From the IMG/VR virus record IMGVR_UViG_2645728028_000002, positions 64,001 to 128,000 of that record: a stretch of DNA of 64,000 nucleotides; one strand, written 5' to 3'. The stretch comes from a virus (Duplodnaviria > Caudoviricetes). Shown here in pieces: positions 54,709-64,000 of the stretch. Both the position numbers and the translations under genes were made by a program. The notes under the pieces are model-generated. The model searched no databases. It saw only the letters and a list, made by a program, of their open reading frames with translations, and was not told the origin of the DNA. Positions within the stretch are counted from its first letter, which is position 1. Each line of letters starts with the position of its first letter.

Positions 54709-55227
54709 ATGCAAGTAATTTACGAATATAAAATAGGTGACGAAATTAGAGTAAATAAAAAAGCTAAAGCAGGTATGCCTAACTATGTTGGTAAAATAGG
54801 GAGAGTTATAGGATTCATTTCAAATGGTTCTTTTGATTATGAAGTAGCATTTGATCAGCATACTTATGGAAAGTTCAAAGAGGAAGAGATTGATTTGTAC
54901 GTTGGAGGAGATATTATGGAGAAAAATTATTTTGAAGAAAAAGGCTTAGAAATTGGCAAGTTGGTTAATAAAAAACAAGCAGCATATGGGGATTCGATTG
55001 GTAAGACGAGTAAGTTAATGAAGGTGTTCCTTGAAGGATATAAGAATGAAGATAATACATATACAATTCCAGAAGAATTATTGGATCACATTTTACTTCA
55101 AGTAAGGATTATAGACAAACAAAATAGAATTTTCTCGAATCCAAAAGGAGATTTAATGCAGGAAAATCCATATGCTGATACGGTTGGATATTCATTATTG
55201 GGAATGAGAATGGCTGAACAAAAATAA
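54709..55227 (+). CDS. YorP-like SH3-type N-domain fused to a nucleotide-modification-associated (DUF1599-like) domain
   Basis: VGKIGRV..FDYEV..FKEEEI, then KKQAAYGDS..DKQNRI..ENPYADTVGY. Confidence 0.55.
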   Translation: MQVIYEYKIGDEIRVNKKAKAGMPNYVGKIGRVIGFISNGSFDYEVAFDQHTYGKFKEEEIDLYVGGDIMEKNYFEEKGLEIGKLVNKKQAAYGDSIGKTSKLMKVFLEGYKNEDNTYTIPEELLDHILLQVRIIDKQNRIFSNPKGDLMQENPYADTVGYSLLGMRMAEQK

Positions 55228-55428
55228 TAGTTTTAAAGAGAGTGAGATGATACCTATCTTTAAATACATAGCATACGTTGTAGATACTGCTACTTTCAAT
55301 TTCTATTACAAATGGTTTTATGGGTCAGATATTCGCATATTTGATAATTGTAGCTGGATTGCTTATAAGAGGAATTTACAATAATACAACTCATTTATTT
55401 AGAAATAATCAAACAAGGAGACATACAT

Positions 55429-56175
55429 ATGAACAGATCAAGAGTAAGACAACAAAAGGTTAAGGAACTGGTCACTCAGTTTCCTTTCCTTACTGAAAAC
55501 ACAAATCAACTTGTTACGTATTATTGGAGCCATGTAGAGGGAGCAAAGGATTTCACGGATGTGCTAATGTGCTCATCTTCAGAAGCTATCACAAGAGCAT
55601 TTAGACGATTGGTTAAATCAGGGGAAATTGTATTGTCTAAGGAAGAAAAAGAAAGAAGGCAGCAGTATCAGGAAAGTTTTAGGGAAGATTATCAACCAAT
55701 TTAAAGGAGGAAATTAATTATGATGTTATTTTTAACACTGTTCTTTTTGATTTACTATGTAGTTCTTTTAGTGAAAGGAAACTTCTTTCAAGGTGTCAGA
55801 ATTGCAATGGGAGAAGATGAAATTAAGAAACAGAAACTAGGAATGGATAATTATAAGCCTGATAGTGATTTAGTAATTAAAACATTACTGCTGATGCTTT
55901 TTATTATTCCTTTCTCGATTACCATAATTATTTATCTATGCGTTGCTACACAATATGATCTTTTAAAGTACCCAACACTGGGCTTGTTAGTCTATTACAC
56001 AGTTTCTCTAATGTGGGGATTTATCAAAGGAAAAACAAAAATCGATTTATCATCTGAAGACAAAATTGAAAAATATCGTAAGAAGCTGCAAAGAAAAAGA
56101 ACACTAAAGGGAACATTACTTCAATTGATCTGGGTTGCTTATTTTGGGTACATGGCTTACATGCTCGTACTATAA
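55429..56175 (+). CDS. Hypothetical (55429-55704) and 4-TM membrane protein (55720-56175)
   Basis: RBSs; hydrophobic segments. Confidence 0.65.
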
Positions 56176-56569
56176 AATAAGTAAATAAAACAGGAGTTTT
56201 ATAGTGAGCATTAGACACATATTGTTCACTAAAGGAGGCAAGGGGAAATGCACAAAGAATGCGTGAAATGCGAAGGTATATTCCAGTATAACGAGCAAAT
56301 TTATTTAGATATTAACAATCAATCTTATTGTGAAGCCTGTTATAAAGAAATGCAGAATAGAGGTGAGTAGTAGTGTTTATGGAGACAAGAAAAGTACTTT
56401 GGGAATACGAAGATAGACTAGATATAGATGTAACCGAGGGAATGTTTCGTACTAGTAAAGTTATAGATGGTGTAAGAATGTACCCTTATATATTGATTGA
56501 TTTTGGTATGTATTTTTTAGAACAGTGATGCACAATACGAAGATGTAACGCAATCAAAAGAATATTTGA

Positions 56570-57307
56570 TTGGGAAATGAGGTGGTTAAAATGCCAAAAT
56601 TATCTCCAGAAGAAAAAGAAAGGCGAAAACAAGAAAGAAATCAAAGACGATGGCTTGAGACTCACAAAATTTTCAATGATATAACTTATAAAGTTTGCAC
56701 AAATTGCTCTGAATGGTTTGAGATGAATGATGAAAACTTTTACATAAATAAGAGTAATAGTTTAGATGGATATCACCCTTATTGCAAACAATGCTCAAGT
56801 AAGAAAGCAAAGAAATGGTGTGATGATAATCCAGAGATCACTAAAGCTGCTAAACGTAAATATAATAAATCTCCTAAAGGTAGACCTAAGTTAGCAGCAA
56901 ATGCACAGAGACAGAGAGAAAATGGTGACTACTATAAGTGGAGAAGGGAGAATAAAGAGTATCTTTATGAATGGCGAAGAAAAAGAGACATGAATAAAAA
57001 ACATGAAATATCTGCAACCGAATGGGAATCCTGCAAAAAATATTTTAATGACTGCTGCGCCTATTGTGGAATCACAGAAGAACAAGCAAGGGATGATCAA
57101 GGACAAAATCTACATAAAGAACATGTAAACCATCGTGGAGCAAATGATTTATCTAACTGCATACCTTCATGTAGAATTTGTAATTCAAGTAAGTGGGCTA
57201 AAGACTTTGATGAATTTTACAATAAAGACAATTTAAATTTTACTGCTGGAAGACTACATAAAATTAGAAAATGGCTAACTGAGGATTATTTGCTATATAA
57301 AGAGTAA
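56570..57307 (+). CDS. HNH endonuclease (paralogue 3 of 3; likely start ATG 56591)
   Basis: CTNC..CKQC; CAYCG..LHKEHV..GANDLSNCIPSCRICNSSK. Confidence 0.88.
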   Translation: MGNEVVKMPKLSPEEKERRKQERNQRRWLETHKIFNDITYKVCTNCSEWFEMNDENFYINKSNSLDGYHPYCKQCSSKKAKKWCDDNPEITKAAKRKYNKSPKGRPKLAANAQRQRENGDYYKWRRENKEYLYEWRRKRDMNKKHEISATEWESCKKYFNDCCAYCGITEEQARDDQGQNLHKEHVNHRGANDLSNCIPSCRICNSSKWAKDFDEFYNKDNLNFTAGRLHKIRKWLTEDYLLYKE

Positions 57308-57541
57308 ATCCCAATCTAATCAAGATTTTATAGGAAGATTAGGAGGTTATTAGATGAAACCTATAGATAGAAATTCATTGAATGAAAAAAGAGATGAGTT
57401 AATGATACAACTACTGGAAGAAGGTTATACATCGAAAGAACTGTCAGTAATTTTCAATAAGCATGTACTTGATATAGAAGAAGTATTAGAAAAGAAAGGC
57501 TACGGCTTAATAAATAAAAATAATTAAATAGGAGTGAATAA

Positions 57542-58492
57542 ATGACTAAACCCAAAGTGATATCACTATTCAGTGGTGCAGGTGGAATGGATTTAGGATT
57601 TATCAATGCTGGATTTGAAGTAGTTTGGGCAATTGATTTTGAGCCAGATGCCTGTGAGACATATAGCAAAAACATTGGAGATCATATCGTCTGTGAAGAT
57701 ATTACTCAAGTAAAAACTGAAAATCTTCCAGACTGTGACATTATTATTGGAGGATCACCATGTCAAGGATTTTCTAATGCAAACAGACAGACAAACTTCC
57801 TAGATAATCCTAAGAATTTAATGGTGAGAGAATACATACGTGTAGTAAAAGATAAGCAGCCAAAAGTATTTGTTTTAGAGAATGTTCCAAGATTGCTGAC
57901 TGCTGGTAAAGGTAAATTCTTAAATGAAATTAAAGAACAATTATCTAATTATCACATAGAAGTTAAAGTGTTAAATGCAGTTGATCATGGAATTGCACAA
58001 AAGAGGAGAAGAGCAATACTTATAGGCAGCTTAATAGGAGAAATAAAACATCCAGTTGCTAAAAAAGAAACAATGACTATTCGAGATGTGCTTACAAACA
58101 TTTCTGATGAGTTACCAAATCAGGATGAATACAGGGCATCTAGAGAATCAACTATTGAGAAAATGAAATTAATTAAACAAGGTGACAATGTACATAGTTT
58201 ACCAGCTTCATATAATGTTAGTCCGAATACTCATGAGAATGTGTATAGAAGGCTGGATTTAAATGAACCATCACATACTTTAGCTCATGCAGGAAAAACA
58301 GTTACGATTCATCCAACAGAAGATAGGATCATCTCAATAAGAGAAGCAGCAAGAATACAGTCATTTCCTGATGACTTCACCTTTTATGGGGATTTAAATA
58401 GTAAGTATCAACAGTTGGCAAACGCTGTCCCACCTAAGATGGCTGAAGAAATTGCAAAAGAGATACATAAGCACATACATAATAAGAACTAA
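57542..58492 (+). CDS. C5-cytosine DNA methyltransferase (orphan)
   Basis: FSGAGG, GGSPCQGFS, ENV, QKRRR, REAARIQSFP, ANAVPP. Confidence 0.95.
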   Translation: MTKPKVISLFSGAGGMDLGFINAGFEVVWAIDFEPDACETYSKNIGDHIVCEDITQVKTENLPDCDIIIGGSPCQGFSNANRQTNFLDNPKNLMVREYIRVVKDKQPKVFVLENVPRLLTAGKGKFLNEIKEQLSNYHIEVKVLNAVDHGIAQKRRRAILIGSLIGEIKHPVAKKETMTIRDVLTNISDELPNQDEYRASRESTIEKMKLIKQGDNVHSLPASYNVSPNTHENVYRRLDLNEPSHTLAHAGKTVTIHPTEDRIISIREAARIQSFPDDFTFYGDLNSKYQQLANAVPPKMAEEIAKEIHKHIHNKN

Positions 58493-58536
58493 TTTAATAT
58501 AAAACTTCAATTTTACGGGGAAAAGGGGAACGAAAT

Positions 58537-59109
58537 ATGAGTCGAATTGATGTAATGGTTGACATTGAAACATTAGGAACAGGATCTAACGCAACTATAT
58601 TCCAAATAGCTGCAGTTGCTTTTAACATTGAAACAGGTGAACATTGCTCAAAATTCAATATGATTGCTGATATATCTAAGAGTAGAAAATTAAATGTTGA
58701 CGGTTCAACTCTCAAATGGTGGCTAAACACTAATAAGGAATTATTAACTGACTTGCTAAATAAAGGTGAAGAATCGAGTGAGGATTTACTTTCTAAGTTC
58801 AATAATTGGCTTATGTATTTAACTTCTGATCTTAGAGATATTTATTTATGGGGAAACGGTATCTTATTTGATAATAAAATGATTCAACAGCAATTAACAG
58901 ATTCAGGAGAAGTATATCCTATTTTCTATAAAAATGACCGAGATGTAAGGACGATTGTAGATTTAGCAGGAAAGAAGCTAGGTATTACCGAGCAAGAATT
59001 AAAAGATAAGTTTAAGGATGACAAATTAGTTCATCATGATGCATTCGATGACGTTAAGTATCAGATTAACCTAGTAGCGGGCTGCTACAAATTATTAATT
59101 AGTAAATAA
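58537..59109 (+). CDS. DEDDh 3'-5' exonuclease (RNase AS-like)
   Basis: MVDIETLG, WGNG..FD, RDVRT, HDAFDD. Confidence 0.85.
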   Translation: MSRIDVMVDIETLGTGSNATIFQIAAVAFNIETGEHCSKFNMIADISKSRKLNVDGSTLKWWLNTNKELLTDLLNKGEESSEDLLSKFNNWLMYLTSDLRDIYLWGNGILFDNKMIQQQLTDSGEVYPIFYKNDRDVRTIVDLAGKKLGITEQELKDKFKDDKLVHHDAFDDVKYQINLVAGCYKLLISK

Positions 59110-59167
59110 TTTATTATAAAATTTAGGTTTTAAAGTAAAATATAATCCAAATAAGGAGCTGATAGCA

Positions 59168-61582
59168 ATGAAAGGAGAACGGAAATTTGAGTTAGGGGAT
59201 CGAGTGTTAATCAAATCTAAAGGTAAGCAAGGTAATATTAAGGAATACAGAATTGAAGGCTCTGTAGACAGTAAAGGTAACATTACAGAAACCATTAAGT
59301 ATTCAGTAAAATATGGACAATACTTGAAAGAATGGTTCACTGAGGATGAACTGCAGTATCCAGATTCATTTGATAATGACTTTGAGAATGGATTACTGGA
59401 TCTCCTTATTGATGTGAATCTAAAAGAAAATAAGTTAGATAATGTGAAAGAATTACATAAGCAGAAAGAGAAATACAAGAAAGGGTGATTCAATGTCTCA
59501 GTTAAATGAAGATAAAAAGACTCTTTTATTGCAAGAAATGGATGAATTAGATGAGATGACTTATAAGTTTGTTTCTTGTTTAGAGGATCACGATGGTATC
59601 TGTGAGAAAGAGTGGGCAGAATTAGATAAGAAATATTTAAAGTTACAGGGAAAGATCAGGACAATTAAAGAGGAAATTGAATATACAAATTTCTTAAAAT
59701 AAATTAATCAAAACCTATTGACTTACAAAATAAAATAATTTAATATAAAAGTAACCTGATAGAGCAGCTAAAACAAGTTGCTCTATCTTACTAAGTGAGG
59801 TGATATTAGATGAACCAGACAAGTAAAGTTATTGAGTTAAGACTAAAGATCGAAGCTTGGAAAAAGAAGATTGAACATGCTGAAGCTGAACTAGACATTC
59901 TATATCATAAGTTAGATGAAGTAATGGAGGAATCATTAGGCAACTGATATAATCATCTTGGGTGATTAAAGTGAGAGCAAATATACCAGATGAATTAATA
60001 AAAGCAATTAATGAAAAAATTTACTTGGATCTAGAACTACATATATTGCAGAAGAAATTAACTGAAGCTAATGATCAAGGCAAAGAAGGGTTTGCGGAAT
60101 ATTTAAATAAGGTGATCTTGAAAGTAATAAGCCAAAGAAGATCCAATAATGAATATCTACGCAAACATGGAGTTAAGGTTAGAGAGCCAGAAGAATTAGA
60201 CGATATGTTTGTGAGATATTACTATTCAGTTCAAAGTGACTTAGGTGGATATAAGGAAGGTTACGAGCAATTCTGGAAGTCGGCTATGACATATAATCTT
60301 AGGAAAAGAATGAATAAATACTTTAATTTTAAAGGAGGGTAAGGAATGCTGCTAAAATTAGATGATCAATTTCGCTGCACCAGCGATAAATATAATTGGA
60401 TCTTAGAAAAATATGAACCTGTGCGAGACAGAAAAAACAAAGAAATTATTACGGGCTATGAATGGAAACAAATTGGCTGGTTTGGTACTAACCTTGCACC
60501 AGCAATTAAAAAGTATGTTAATGAAAAGATTAAAGACTCTGACACACTTGAAGTTAAGGAATTGCTTGTTAAGTTGGATGAGATAAAGGCTCACATTGAC
60601 AAGGTAGTTAAGAAAGAAAACATAGACTTTGTTTACACAGGTAAGAAAGACGATGAGTGAATCTTACTGTGATTTATGTAAGGAATTTGTCTCTGGAACG
60701 GTTCAGACAGTAAAAATTCTTGATAATGATCAGAAGACAAGTCATTACATATCGGGTCATGTAAGCTGCACTGAGGATATTTGGAAGCAAATACAAGAAA
60801 TGAAGGACTTTAATAAGAAATCACTGTCTAAGGTGCTAAAAGAATTAAATATAGAATAATTTAATAAAAATACTTGTTTAATATAAAATAATTTGATATA
60901 TTTTAAGTATCATATTGAAAGTGGTGAGAACAATGTAGTTCATTGAGTAACACCTTCACATGCAAGATCAATAAAACTACAAAACATAGAATAGGAGATT
61001 ACTAAACATGAAAAAGAATAAAAATTTTAACCCATTTGGCACTAAGAAAGAATTTAAGAATGTAGGAGTAGAAGGAAAATTTGATCCAGTTAAAACATTC
61101 TACGGAACAATCTCAACTGAAAACGGAAGCTTCCTTACTACATACCAGACACATACTCGCTCTGAAGCAGTAAGCATTTTCGAACAGGAAGCTAAAGTAA
61201 TGGGTGGTAAGCTAGACAGGTTCGTTGGAGCCTTTAAAAAATAAATAGGGGTGAAGAAATGGAAGGAACTTTTGCTAATAAACGATTTGTTGGGCAAAAG
61301 ATTGTGGCGCAAGAAGATGGAACATTACTTACTCAATTTGGAGACTTTCCAGTTAAGAAGGGTGAAATTATTTTTAAACCCTTAAAAGGAGATCCAGTAG
61401 TTGTTCCTGAGAATTATTTTAATGAAAATTATACACAGGTAGAAGCTGCAAATAAGGAAAAAGTAAAAGTCAATCTCGATGAGATGGCTCGTGGATATAT
61501 GGAAATGGGATATTTAAATCAAAAAGAAGATGAGAGTTACATAAATGAGCTGAAAGAATTAAGTAAGAATAAAGCCTTTTAA
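59168..61582 (+). CDS. Hypothetical proteins (59168-59488, 59493-59702, 59962-60342, 60346-60660, 60653-60859, 61008-61244, 61259-61582)
   Basis: Co-oriented ORFs with RBSs. Confidence 0.65.
59718..59746 (+). promoter_or_regulatory. SigA promoter with repeated operator
   Basis: TTGACT-17-TAATAT containing ATAAAATAATTTAATA. Confidence 0.75.
60851..60902 (+). promoter_or_regulatory. Promoter with two operator copies, upstream of the nrd region
   Basis: ATAGAATAATTTAATA 60851; TTGTTT 60874; ATAAAATAATTTGATA 60883. Confidence 0.6.
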
Positions 61583-61602
61583 TATAAAATATACAAATGT
61601 AG

Positions 61603-61839
61603 GTGAATTTAAAAATGATGAAAATGTACACGAAAACAGTATGCCCTAAATGCATGGTTGCTAAATCCTTTTTTGATAATAACGATATACTTTATGAGGC
61701 AATCAATTTAGATCAGAATGAGTCAGCAAGAGATGAATTAGTTAGTAAAGGATTTATGGCAGCCCCAATTGTAGAATTCGAAGGTAAATATTATACAAAT
61801 ATGAACGAGTTTCAAGAACTAGTTGATCAATTATCATGA
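61603..61839 (+). CDS. nrdH: NrdH-like glutaredoxin
   Basis: YTKTVCPKC..GFMAAPIV; upstream of nrdI. Confidence 0.85.
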   Translation: MNLKMMKMYTKTVCPKCMVAKSFFDNNDILYEAINLDQNESARDELVSKGFMAAPIVEFEGKYYTNMNEFQELVDQLS

Positions 61840-62201
61840 TTGTTTACAAATCAAGGACAGGTAATGTAGCAAGCATTGTATCAAAACTAAATCTTCCTAA
61901 CGTTGAAATTAGGGAGGGTTTAATTGTTGATAACCCATACTTTCTGATTACTTATACTGATGGATTGGGAGATGTCCCTAAAGTAGTTGAAGACTTCTTA
62001 AAAGATGAAACTAATCAACTTAATCTTAAAGGGGTTATTGCCTCTGGTAACGTAAACTTTGGTCTGTATTTTTGCAAAGCTGCAGACTTGATTTGTGAAA
62101 ATACAGGCGTTCCCATCATTAGAAAAATTGATTTAAGAGGTACGAAAGAAGATATTGAAACAATTAAAAAGCAATATAATCTAGAGGTGATGAGTAAATA
62201 A
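61836..62201 (+). CDS. nrdI: NrdI flavodoxin
   Basis: SRTGNV, ITYTDGLGDVP, GVIASGNVNFG. Confidence 0.92.
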   Translation: MIVYKSRTGNVASIVSKLNLPNVEIREGLIVDNPYFLITYTDGLGDVPKVVEDFLKDETNQLNLKGVIASGNVNFGLYFCKAADLICENTGVPIIRKIDLRGTKEDIETIKKQYNLEVMSK

Positions 62202-64000
62202 TGAAGGAATATTTAAAGTTAAACAATGAGGTATTAAATACTTATACTCTTACAGGTAAAATTGATAGAGAGAAAGATAAAGAGGCTGCTAAGGTTTACT
62301 TCCTAGAAGAGATCAATAAACAGACAGTATTCTTTCACAACCTTAAAGAGAAACTTGATTATTTAGTGGAAGAAGAGTATTACGAAGAAGGATTCCTTGA
62401 TAAGTATGACTTTAAGTTTATCAAGAAAATTTTTGATATTGCTTATGGTTATAAATTTAGATTCCCTTCCTTCATGAGTGCCTTCAAATTCTATAATAAC
62501 TATGCTTTAAAAACAAGAGATGGAAAGAATATCTTGGAGCGTTATGAAGACCGAATGGCAATCATAGCATTGTACTTAGCAAATGGCGATAAGAAATTGG
62601 CAGAGAAGTCAATTCGTCATATGATGGAGTCTTATCAAACGGCAACGCCAACGACACTCAATTGTGGAAAGAAAGCAAGAGGAGAGTTTGTATCATGCTT
62701 TAAGTTGATGGTGGATGATACGATGAATAGTATCTCTCACAACATTGGTAATGCTCTACAACTCTCAAAGCTTGGTGGCGGAGTAGGTATATCATTAATT
62801 GATTTAAGGTGTGCTGGAGATCCAATTAAAGAAATTGAGAATAGAGCAAGTGGTGTAATGCCAGTAGCGAAACTTCTCGAAAATAGCTTTAGTTATGCTA
62901 ATCAACTAGGATCAAGAGCAGGTAGTGGAGTCGTTTGGTTAAACATCTTTCATGGGGATATTATTGACTTCCTTTCTGCTAAAAAGCCTAACGCAGATGA
63001 AAAAATTAGATTAGCAACCTTATCTACTGGAATTGTAGTGCCTGACATATTCTTTGAACTACTTAAAGAAGATAAAGATGTATACTTGTTCAGCCCATAT
63101 GATATCTATAAAAAATATGGTAAACGAATGTCTGAAATCAATATGTCAGAAGTTTATTATGCACTACTTGATGATCCAGACATTAGAAAACTTAAAAAGA
63201 TTAACTCACGTAAACTATACACTGAAGTTAAAAAGACACAGATTGAATCAGGATACCCATTCGAAATGTTTGAGGATAACGTAAGGAAAGGTAATCCATT
63301 AAACAGTGTCGGCAAAGTAAAAATACTAAATCTGTGTACTGAAGTTGCACAGAATCAAGAAACATCAATAATTACTGATTATGATGAAGTGGATATCATT
63401 GGTGAAGATGTATCCTGTAACTTGGGATCTGAAGACATACATAAATCAACTAAGTCAGAAAATTTCGGAGAACTAATTGAAACATCTGTTGAATTGCTTA
63501 CTGCAGTCTCAGATATGACAAATATCTCAAATGTTCCATCAGTATCTAAAGGTAATAAGGAAATGCATTCAGTTGGATTAGGTGTAATGAACCTGCATGG
63601 TCACTTAATGGATAATTCAATCCAATACGGTGAGGCAGAATCCTTGAACTTTGTTGATGTGTACTTTGCTGCATTGAATTATCACTCTTTAAGAGCATCA
63701 AATAATATAGCAAAGAAAAGAAAGAAAACATTTAAAGGGTTTGATAAGTCAACTTATGCTACTGGTGAATACTTTGATTGGTATTTAAATAATCCAATTG
63801 AAATTAAATATGATGTAGTTAAGAAAGCACTAGGAAATATTGAACCAGTCACAGTTGAACAATGGCAACAGTTGAAGAAAGATGTCATAGAGCATGGTCT
63901 GTATCACTCTTATAGACTCTGTGTTGCTCCAACAGGAAGTATTTCTTACGTAAGGTCAGCGACAGCTTCAATTTCCCCTATCACTGAAAGGGTAGAGGTT
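62201..64000 (+). CDS. nrdE: Class Ib ribonucleotide reductase alpha subunit (3'-truncated by window; not in ORF track)
   Basis: MKEYLKLNNEV..FPSFMSAFKFY..LERYEDR..ATPT..VSCF..GGGVG..NLCTEV..CNLGS..APTGSISY. Confidence 0.95.
   Translation, partial: MKEYLKLNNEVLNTYTLTGKIDREKDKEAAKVYFLEEINKQTVFFHNLKEKLDYLVEEEYYEEGFLDKYDFKFIKKIFDIAYGYKFRFPSFMSAFKFYNNYALKTRDGKNILERYEDRMAIIALYLANGDKKLAEKSIRHMMESYQTATPTTLNCGKKARGEFVSCFKLMVDDTMNSISHNIGNALQLSKLGGGVGISLIDLRCAGDPIKEIENRASGVMPVAKLLENSFSYANQLGSRAGSGVVWLNIFHGDIIDFLSAKKPNADEKIRLATLSTGIVVPDIFFELLKEDKDVYLFSPYDIYKKYGKRMSEINMSEVYYALLDDPDIRKLKKINSRKLYTEVKKTQIESGYPFEMFEDNVRKGNPLNSVGKVKILNLCTEVAQNQETSIITDYDEVDIIGEDVSCNLGSEDIHKSTKSENFGELIETSVELLTAVSDMTNISNVPSVSKGNKEMHSVGLGVMNLHGHLMDNSIQYGEAESLNFVDVYFAALNYHSLRASNNIAKKRKKTFKGFDKSTYATGEYFDWYLNNPIEIKYDVVKKALGNIEPVTVEQWQQLKKDVIEHGLYHSYRLCVAPTGSISYVRSATASISPITERVEV

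Larger units (their letters stand above)
55219..59133. repeat. Array 3 of junction palindromes
   Basis: 55219, 55381, 56185, 56553, 57314, 58499, 59116. Confidence 0.8.
1..64000 (+). mobile_element. SPbeta-like temperate phage/prophage, early/regulatory and replication regions (partial)
   Basis: Gene order aimR-aimP ... yopP/Q/R/S-like ... SSB, ATPase, helicase, primase, RecJ, Pol, 3D protein, YorP-like, MTase, nrdHIE parallels SPbeta; dense co-oriented small ORFs with strong AAGGAGG RBSs. No structural genes or phage ends in the window. Confidence 0.93.

Noticed and set aside
2779-59133. Junction palindromes as a CRISPR array
   Set aside because: Intervals range from about 60 bp to several kb and contain genes; the repeat has a variable centre; no cas genes seen
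2779-59133. Junction palindromes as intrinsic terminators
   Set aside because: Only six A-U pairs, a fixed 6-nt gap, no following U tract, and directly abutting the next RBS; real GC-containing terminators occur separately (4441, 23042). An RNA-processing role is not excluded.
410-61655. Most minus-strand ORFs in the track (e.g. 410-673, 23484-23963, 44817-45152, 50660-51007, 59095-59493)
   Set aside because: Antisense shadows of well-supported + strand genes, with biased Ser/Phe/Leu composition and no RBS
63054-63731. ORFs 63054-63284 (+) and 63546-63731 (-)
   Set aside because: Alternative-frame shadows inside nrdE
62201-64000. Intein or group I intron in nrdE, as in SPbeta
   Set aside because: Motifs run at normal spacing and NLCTEV is uninterrupted in the visible part

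Overview
AT-rich segment of a large SPbeta-like temperate phage or prophage of a Bacillaceae-type host. Almost all real genes are on the + strand. Recognisable core: an arbitrium locus (aimR 13563-14732; an aimP missed by the ORF track at 14752-14871 ending ...YLA-DPKPGG; an aimX-position ORF), the yopP/yopQ/yopR(mrpR)/yopS-like repression module (23407-27577), a replication operon (SSB-like, ATPase, helicase, primase, RecJ-like, family-A polymerase; 43979-53807), a C5 methyltransferase and nrdH-nrdI-nrdE (nrdE runs off the end). The main unexplained signal: the roughly 100 small accessory ORFs are punctuated by about 65 hand-found copies of an 18-bp palindrome, ATAAAA-N6-TTTTAT, with a freely variable 6-bp spacer. 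Copies typically overlap the upstream stop codon and sit just before the next RBS, and I found none inside the repression, replication or nrd operons. Two copies carry a conserved ~90-bp att-like extension. A tyrosine recombinase with an intact catalytic set lies between the two main arrays, and paralogous genes recur in separate site-bounded units. Together this suggests an integron/pdif-like gene-cassette system in a phage; this is an inference, not demonstrated. Other notable items: a prfB-like +1 frameshift signal in a 3D-domain gene, a structured non-coding unit, a TATAACAG cluster, several sporulation-gene homologues, and an Ig-like insert in the SSB-like protein. All motif counts were made by eye, and family assignments come from recognised motifs, not database searches.
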